Of a stretch of 64,000 nucleotides of DNA, positions 58,103 to 64,000 are shown in pieces. Position numbers and translations under genes: made by a program. The notes beneath the pieces were generated by a model, which searched no databases, was not told the origin of the DNA, and saw only the letters and a program-made list of their open reading frames with translations. How positions within the stretch are numbered: the stretch's first letter is position 1; every line of letters starts with the position of its first letter. The DNA comes from a bacterium (lineage in GTDB: Bacteria; Patescibacteriota; Patescibacteriia; UBA2196), in the NCBI GenBank assembly GCA_035387885.1, contig DAOOOW010000001.1:43392-107391 (forward strand), in the 5' to 3' direction.

Positions 58103-60355
58103 ATGAAACATGAAAAACAAGTTTTTTCCGCGGAAATTGGCGGAAAAAGTTTAATTATTGAAACAGGAAAATTGGCCCAACAAACTAATGCCTCTTGCAC
58201 CATCCAATATGGTGACACAGTGGTTTTGGCCACTGCCTGTATGTCAAAAAAAATCCGTGAAGGCATGGATTTTTTTCCTTTATTGGTAGATTTTGATGAA
58301 AAACTTTACGCCGCAGGAAAAATTAAAGGTTCGAGATTTATTAAAAGAGAAGGCAAGGCATCTGATGAAGCAATTTTATCCGGTCGTTTAGTAGATCGTT
58401 CTATCAGACCACTTTTTTCTGAAACAATGAGAAATGATGTGCAAGTGGTTTTAAGCGTTTTGTCTTTTGACTCTGAAAATGATCCAGATGTTATAGGATT
58501 AAATGCCGCATCCATGGCTTTATTTATGTCAGATATTCCTTGGGCTGGACCAGTGGCAGCTGTTAGAGTCGGGATGATTGAATCTTCAACAGAGGCTGGA
58601 AAATATGAAATGGTTTTAAATCCTAGTTATGAAGCTAGAAAAAAATCGGTTTTAGATTTGGTGGTAGCTGGTACAAAAGATGAAATTGTCATGCTCGAAG
58701 CTGGAGCTAATATTATTTCCGATACTCAGATGCAAGAAGCAATAGAATTTGGACATAAACATTTGAAAAAAATAATTGATTTAATGGAGAGTATCAGAGC
58801 TAAAATTGGTTTAGCTAAAATAAATTTAGAATTAGAAATAGAAAAAACTGCTGAAGAATTAGCTTCAATCGCTAAATTAGAAGAGAAAGTTAGCGCTTTG
58901 GTAAAAGCTAAAATTGAAGAAATTTTTAGTTCTAAATCCAAAGATGAATATCATAATAATATTGATAAATTATATTTGCATACAGAAGAAACTTTAAAGG
59001 CAGATAATGATGTTTCTAAAGAAGAAAAAATAGTTGGTTTAAAAATGATTGAAAAGTTTTTAGATATTCACGCCAGAAAATTAGTTTTAGAAAAAAATAT
59101 TCGTGTTGATGGCCGAGCCATTGATGAAATTAGACCTTTAACTGCGGAAGTTGGAGTCTTACCACGAATTCATGGTTCTGGTTTATTTCAAAGAGGTGAA
59201 ACACAGGTTTTATCAGTTGTTACTCTTGGCGCGCCATCTGATGAACAGACGTTGGATACTATGGAAGAATCTAGTAAGAAACGCTATATGCATCATTATA
59301 ATTTTCCTAATTTTTCAGTAGGTGAAATTGGCCCAATGAGAGGGCCAGGTAGAAGAGAAATTGGACATGGGGCACTCGCAGAAAAAGCTTTAGTGCCGGT
59401 GATTCCAGAAAAAGAAGTTTTTCCATACACCATTCGAGTTGTTTCAGAAGTTTTAGGATCAAATGGCTCATCTTCCCAAGCTTCCATTTGCGGTTCTTCT
59501 TTGTCCTTAATGGATGCTGGGGTGCCAATTAAAGATACGGTAGCGGGTATTGCTATGGGCATGATGAGTGATTATAATAATAAAAATAATTATAAAATTT
59601 TAACAGATATTCAAGGAGTGGAAGATCATTCAGGGGACATGGATTTTAAAATTGCTGGCACAAAAGATGGAATTACCGCTTTGCAATTAGATATTAAACT
59701 TGGGGGTATTGGCTTAAATATTGTTAAAGAAACTTTGGCTAGAGCTTACGAAGCCAGATTAAAAATTTTAGAAGTTATGAAGAGCGCCATTGCCGAACCA
59801 AGAGCAGATTTATCTCCTTACGCGCCAAGAATTTATACTTTACAAATTAATCCAGATAAAATTCGTGATGTGATTGGCCCAGGTGGTAAAGTGATTAACG
59901 AAATTATTGATACCACTGGCGTAGCCATTGATATTGAAGATTCTGGTTTGGTGTTTATTACTGCGCCTAATGGCGCCTCAGCTGAAAGAGCTATGGAATG
60001 GGTGAAAAATTTAACTCGCGAAGTGCAACCGGGTGAATTCTTCACTGGTAAAGTTACTAGGCTGATGACTTTTGGAGCTTTTGTAGAAGTTTTACCAAAA
60101 CAAGAAGGTTTGGTGCATATTTCTGAAATGGCTCCATTTAGAGTTGACCGAGTTGAAGATGTGGTTAATGTGGGTGATTCAATTCCAGTTATTGTTAAAG
60201 AAATTGATGATCAAGGCCGAATAAATTTAACTATGATTGGCACAGATTTTGATTTTTCTAAGATTAAACAGTCAGCTCCGTCAGATCCACACCATGGAGG
60301 ATTTAATAGAGGGGGAAGAAGAGATGATCGAAGGGGTGGTGGATTTAGAAGGTAA
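58103..60355 (+). CDS. pnp: Polyribonucleotide nucleotidyltransferase
   Basis: FFPLLVD, RREIGHGALAE, GDMDFKIAGT, KH and S1 domains. Confidence 0.97.
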   Translation: MKHEKQVFSAEIGGKSLIIETGKLAQQTNASCTIQYGDTVVLATACMSKKIREGMDFFPLLVDFDEKLYAAGKIKGSRFIKREGKASDEAILSGRLVDRSIRPLFSETMRNDVQVVLSVLSFDSENDPDVIGLNAASMALFMSDIPWAGPVAAVRVGMIESSTEAGKYEMVLNPSYEARKKSVLDLVVAGTKDEIVMLEAGANIISDTQMQEAIEFGHKHLKKIIDLMESIRAKIGLAKINLELEIEKTAEELASIAKLEEKVSALVKAKIEEIFSSKSKDEYHNNIDKLYLHTEETLKADNDVSKEEKIVGLKMIEKFLDIHARKLVLEKNIRVDGRAIDEIRPLTAEVGVLPRIHGSGLFQRGETQVLSVVTLGAPSDEQTLDTMEESSKKRYMHHYNFPNFSVGEIGPMRGPGRREIGHGALAEKALVPVIPEKEVFPYTIRVVSEVLGSNGSSSQASICGSSLSLMDAGVPIKDTVAGIAMGMMSDYNNKNNYKILTDIQGVEDHSGDMDFKIAGTKDGITALQLDIKLGGIGLNIVKETLARAYEARLKILEVMKSAIAEPRADLSPYAPRIYTLQINPDKIRDVIGPGGKVINEIIDTTGVAIDIEDSGLVFITAPNGASAERAMEWVKNLTREVQPGEFFTGKVTRLMTFGAFVEVLPKQEGLVHISEMAPFRVDRVEDVVNVGDSIPVIVKEIDDQGRINLTMIGTDFDFSKIKQSAPSDPHHGGFNRGGRRDDRRGGGFRR

Positions 60356-60433
60356 AATTAAAATGTCTAATGTCTAATTAATAATGTCTAATGAATGATA
60401 AAATGTAACTCTGGCCTTTAGACCGGAATTACT

Positions 60434-60802
60434 GTAGGGGCGGGTTTTAAACCCGCCAATAAAAACCAGTCTGAAAGGGCTGGTTTTTGGTTGGGATTGA
60501 TTTTTTAATAAAGAGTGGTATAATAGAAACATAATTAAGGCATTAACTATTTAGCAAAAAAAATATGAAAAATTTAAACTATAATATTATTTTAAAACCA
60601 GAAAAGCAAGGCGGTTTTACTGTGGTTGTGCCATCTTTACCTGGTTGTGTAACATATGGCAGAGATTTAGCAGAAGCCAAGAAAATGGCTAAAGATGCTA
60701 TTAAAGTTTATGTGGCAAGTTTGGTTAAACACAAAGAATGCGCTTTCTGTAAAATTTAATTAAATAGGATTTTATTCGTAGGGACAGGTTTGAAACCTGT
60801 CC
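60434..60802. repeat. GTAG-type REP palindromes flanking hicB
   Basis: GTAGGGGCGGGTTTTAAACCCGCC (60434-60457) and GTAGGGACAGGTTTGAAACCTGTCC (60778-60802). Confidence 0.7.
60565..60759 (+). CDS. HicB-family antitoxin (short; no adjacent HicA seen)
   Basis: GGFTVVVPSLPGCVTYGRDLAEAKKMAKDAI. Confidence 0.85.
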   Translation: MKNLNYNIILKPEKQGGFTVVVPSLPGCVTYGRDLAEAKKMAKDAIKVYVASLVKHKECAFCKI

Positions 60803-61138
60803 TTTTGGTTTGGTTGGGTTTTTATCCTCTCCTTATAAAACAGGTACCTATTTTTGTTGGCTCCAATCTCCTGATTGGAGCCTTAGTGCTTCATTAGTGT
60901 AATTAAAATATAAAAAATATAATAAAGAGGCATTGTGTCTCCAGTCAGGAGACTGGAGACAACCAACAACGGCAAACTTTAATTTGAAAAGGCGGGGACT
61001 AATTACTTGTGGATAAAATTTATTAATGGTTGTGGATAAAACCTTACTTTTGTTATAAAACTATAACTTTAAATATGATTAATTTTGGCTTAATTTAGCA
61101 TAAAATAGCATTAAAAAAGCTAATTTTGATATAAATAC

Positions 61139-61406
61139 TTGACAAATATTTTAATCTGTGCTATAATGACTGCAGAGAATGAGAGGAGAAAAAAGTCTAG
61201 AAAGAATTAATTCTTTTAAGGCGTTGAAATTAGTTTTTAATTCCCCTGCTCTTCTCTAAGAACGCGGGGTTTTTAAATCGAAAAATATAAAAATAGTACT
61301 TTGATAATAAAAATATTGCCAGTAGACTTATGCCTTAAAAACTAAGAGCGGATAAAATCTTTTGGTCTTATTTGCTCGATAACTTTAAGGCAGTAGCCTA
61401 CTGGCA
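61139..61406 (+). promoter_or_regulatory. Promoter, attenuator-like module, boxA-like motif and hairpin leader (copy 3)
   Basis: TTGACA-17-TATAAT; AGAGAATGAGAGGAG...CTCTTCTC; terminator CCCCTGC..GCGGGGTTTTT; AGTACTTTGATAA; hairpin 61317-61406. Confidence 0.72.
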
Positions 61407-61449
61407 ATGAGGCTGGTTGGAAAAAAATAAAAAAAGAAAAGAGGAAACA

Positions 61450-62004
61450 ATGAAGGTTTTGATCGTTGAAGACCAGCTTAGGCTGGGTGGAAGAGGTGGC
61501 CGCTGGTTGGAATCAGAGGAGTTTTGCTCTCTACTCGAGCAAGCTACGGGTTATGAAATTTTTCACTGCCAGGATGTATTTTCGGCAGTGGAAATTTTAA
61601 GGAAGGAAAAAATTGATTTTGTGGTAACAGATATGGGGTTGCCACAAAAGGCAGGAGAAGAGCCTTCTCCTGTTGCGGGACTGCAGATAGTAGAAATCCT
61701 TAAGAGTGAAAAAATTCCTTTTAAGGTTTTTACAAGTGTCACTCACTGCGCACATGCTTTAACTGCTGCAGCAGAGGCTGGTCTGATAACAGCAGAATGG
61801 GCCATGTGGGTGCAAGATCACCATGTGGAAATGGAATACGCGGCTTCGGCCGAGGACGACCCACGGTTTCCTCCCAAGTTAGATAGAATCGGGGAATGGA
61901 AACACGGCGGGATGGTGATCTTCGGATGTTTCGTTGTTGGAGGAAAAAGACCTGTTTTTTTGGAGGATTTTATAAAAAAATGGGTCAAAGTAATATCAAT
62001 GTAG
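61450..62004 (+). CDS. Response-regulator receiver domain protein
   Basis: MKVLIVED, DFVVTDMGLP, GLQIVE; SD GAGG. Confidence 0.78.
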   Translation: MKVLIVEDQLRLGGRGGRWLESEEFCSLLEQATGYEIFHCQDVFSAVEILRKEKIDFVVTDMGLPQKAGEEPSPVAGLQIVEILKSEKIPFKVFTSVTHCAHALTAAAEAGLITAEWAMWVQDHHVEMEYAASAEDDPRFPPKLDRIGEWKHGGMVIFGCFVVGGKRPVFLEDFIKKWVKVISM

Positions 62005-62009
62005 AAATC

Positions 62010-62092
62010 TCCCTCACTTACGCAAAGCACCGTGTAAGTGAGGGACTACTGCCCTTGCCGCAAAACAGCGCGGCAAGGGCTTTTTATTTTTT
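62010..62092 (+). terminator. Tandem hairpins ending in an intrinsic terminator
   Basis: TCCCTCACTTAC..GTAAGTGAGGGA then GCCCTTGCCGC..GCGGCAAGGGC-TTTTT. Confidence 0.75.
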
Positions 62093-62360
62093 TAAAAAAT
62101 ATGTTATGCTTAAGGTATAAAATTGTTAAAATTGATTTTTAGTGATAAAATATAGCTGTAAGAAACTTAATTAAATCATTAACTTCAGCGCATCTATTTT
62201 TTTAAAAGGAAATTCAATAAAGGCTTCTGTGGTAATTAGAAAAAGCAGGGGCTTTTTATTTTTTTTAAATTTGCTATAATTAATTTGAATTATTCTATAA
62301 TCTATGATACATTAAAGTTATCAATTTTGTTAACTTTCGTGTATTATTAATTTTTAGCCT

Positions 62361-63053
62361 ATGACTCCAGAATATCTGTTAGAATTAAAAAAGAGCTTAA
62401 AAATTTCAGTTGACCAGATTTTGCGCGAGGAGGCAGAAATGATTTTTTTAGAGGCTTTAGCTAAAGACCAGCTTGGTGCCAAAGTCATTTTTTATGGCGG
62501 AACTTCCCTGCGGCTGGTGTATGGTTCACCAAGATTTTCTGAAGATATTGATTTGATTAAGATTAAACCATTTAGCTTGGCTGAATTTAAAAAATTTGCT
62601 AATAAAGTAGCCAAAAATAATTCTTGGGAATTAAGAGACCTTAGGGGTAAAAGGCAGACTTTATTTGCTTTATATTTTATTAAAGATGAAAAATTAAAAC
62701 ATCCATTTTCTATAAAAATTGAAATTCATACACCCAAAAAAAAGCCCATGATTGATGAAAAAATAGCTTTAATTAAAAGCCCAGTTTCTGTTTTAGAACC
62801 ACTACTCTTGGTGCCAAGCTTAACAAAATTAAAAGAATTAAAAATAGCGGCTTTATTAGATAGAAAAAAAGCCAGAGATATTTTTGATTTATGGTATATT
62901 GCTCAAACGCTAAGAGAAGAGTTTGTCTTGCCAAAAAAAATAACCCCATATAACAAAAGAGAGTTTAAGAATGAATTACAAGTTTTTTTGCCAACTAAAT
63001 ATTATTCAATTATTGAACAATTATATGAACAAGTTGCTAATTCAAATAAATAA
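62361..63053 (+). CDS. AbiEii/AbiGii-family nucleotidyltransferase toxin
   Basis: FYGGTSLRLVYGSPRFSEDID, KIAALLDRKKARDIFDL. Confidence 0.9.
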   Translation: MTPEYLLELKKSLKISVDQILREEAEMIFLEALAKDQLGAKVIFYGGTSLRLVYGSPRFSEDIDLIKIKPFSLAEFKKFANKVAKNNSWELRDLRGKRQTLFALYFIKDEKLKHPFSIKIEIHTPKKKPMIDEKIALIKSPVSVLEPLLLVPSLTKLKELKIAALLDRKKARDIFDLWYIAQTLREEFVLPKKITPYNKREFKNELQVFLPTKYYSIIEQLYEQVANSNK

Positions 63054-63597
63054 AATTCCTAAAAAATATTATTCATTGACTGATCTTAAAAAAGTAAGTC
63101 AGTTGGGTGGAGAGAGTTTAAAAGTAGCACTTAGCCGTTTGATAAAAAATAATTTACTTTTTAAACTAGCGCCCGCGATGTTTACTGTTGATCCATCTTT
63201 GGTTGACTGGGAAAAATTTGCCTTAGAGGCCTATGGACCGAGTTATTTATCTTGCGAGTGGATATTGGCCAAAAATGGTATTTTAAGTCAAAAAACTTAT
63301 AGTCCAACCATGGTGACATCTAAAAGAAGTAGGGTTATAAAAAATGAAAATATGGTTTTAATTTACCATCACCTCAAACCAGAATTGTTTTTTGGATATA
63401 CACTTGAGCAGGGGTTATTAGAAGCTGAACAAGAAAAAGCTTTTTTGGATTTATTGTATTTGTCTCTTCGTGGTTATGCTAAATTTGACCAAGAAGAAAT
63501 GAATTTGGATTTGCTGGATAAGATTAAATTAAAGAAATATTTAAAGAGGTTTGAAAATAAAAAAATGGAAAACATGGTGGCAAAAATTTTTAAATAA
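63025..63597 (+). CDS. AbiEi-like antitoxin
   Basis: PSYLSCEWIL...GILSQ, AEQEKAFLDLLY. Confidence 0.8.
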   Translation: MNKLLIQINKIPKKYYSLTDLKKVSQLGGESLKVALSRLIKNNLLFKLAPAMFTVDPSLVDWEKFALEAYGPSYLSCEWILAKNGILSQKTYSPTMVTSKRSRVIKNENMVLIYHHLKPELFFGYTLEQGLLEAEQEKAFLDLLYLSLRGYAKFDQEEMNLDLLDKIKLKKYLKRFENKKMENMVAKIFK

Positions 63598-63610
63598 GTA
63601 AATTAAACAT

Positions 63611-64000
63611 ATGCATACTGGAGAATTTTTTAAGAGAAAAAAGTTAGAACCAGAAGAAAGAGGCGAGCCTAATGAGCAGACAGAATTTTTAGATTTGTTA
63701 TCAAACAAAGAAAAAGAAGAATTATTAAGACAGCTCCAAGAAAGAGGTTTAAAAAGTATATTGAAAATCAAAACCGAAGATATAAAAATTGAATCAGTAA
63801 ATAAAAAATCCCCAGAAAAACAAGATGTCTTATACAATGAGAGTATTTTAGAAATAAATGGGACAATTAAATTAGATAATTTTTTGTTAACCGAAGGAGC
63901 GGAGGAATTTAATTGGCAGACGGTGGTTAATTGGGCAAACGCAGATCATACTGGACTTAATAAAATAGCTTTTCTTAATAAAATACATAATATTGATTTT
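63611..64000 (+). CDS. Hypothetical protein, truncated by the window edge
   Basis: ATG at 63611, open to the end of the window (MHTGEFFKRKKLEPEE...). Confidence 0.55.
   Translation, partial: MHTGEFFKRKKLEPEERGEPNEQTEFLDLLSNKEKEELLRQLQERGLKSILKIKTEDIKIESVNKKSPEKQDVLYNESILEINGTIKLDNFLLTEGAEEFNWQTVVNWANADHTGLNKIAFLNKIHNIDF

Noticed and set aside
57985-60045. Antisense ORFs over pnp (likewise over glyA, uvrA, recA, pilT and the lamin-tail gene)
   Set aside because: Shadow frames of well-conserved genes with no independent signals.

Overview
AT-rich chromosomal window from a Patescibacteria (CPR, Parcubacteria-like) bacterium using genetic code 11. The lineage is inferred from the unlinked 23S rRNA gene, VirB2-like pilin arrays, lamin-tail surface protein, TrmB regulators and SD-less core genes. 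The window spans the origin region (yidC-yidD-rnpA-rpmH / dnaA-dnaN, with a parS-like cluster about 4 kb away). It also holds a stand-alone 23S rRNA gene with a group I intron encoding a LAGLIDADG endonuclease and four AT-rich hairpin insertions, nine tRNAs, and many housekeeping genes (rpsF-ssb-rpsR, recG, folD, glyA, rpsO, rnc, uvrA, pilT, apt, mtnP, efp, recA, ftsK, rpmF, nusB, pnp). Most unusual observations: (1) a three-copy structured leader in front of unrelated orphan genes, made of a boxA-like motif and a 90-nt covarying hairpin, with a promoter and switchable terminator module in two copies; (2) a family of double-hairpin elements inserted into T- and D-loops of duplicated tRNA segments; (3) Elp3 next to a Trm9/ALKBH8-like methyltransferase, suggesting a eukaryote/archaea-type mcm5U34 pathway; (4) several palindrome and heptamer repeat families inserted in frame into proteins and into rRNA; (5) a repeat block combining parS-like sites, DnaA boxes and an unknown 20-bp palindrome. 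All calls were made by eye; no database searches were run.
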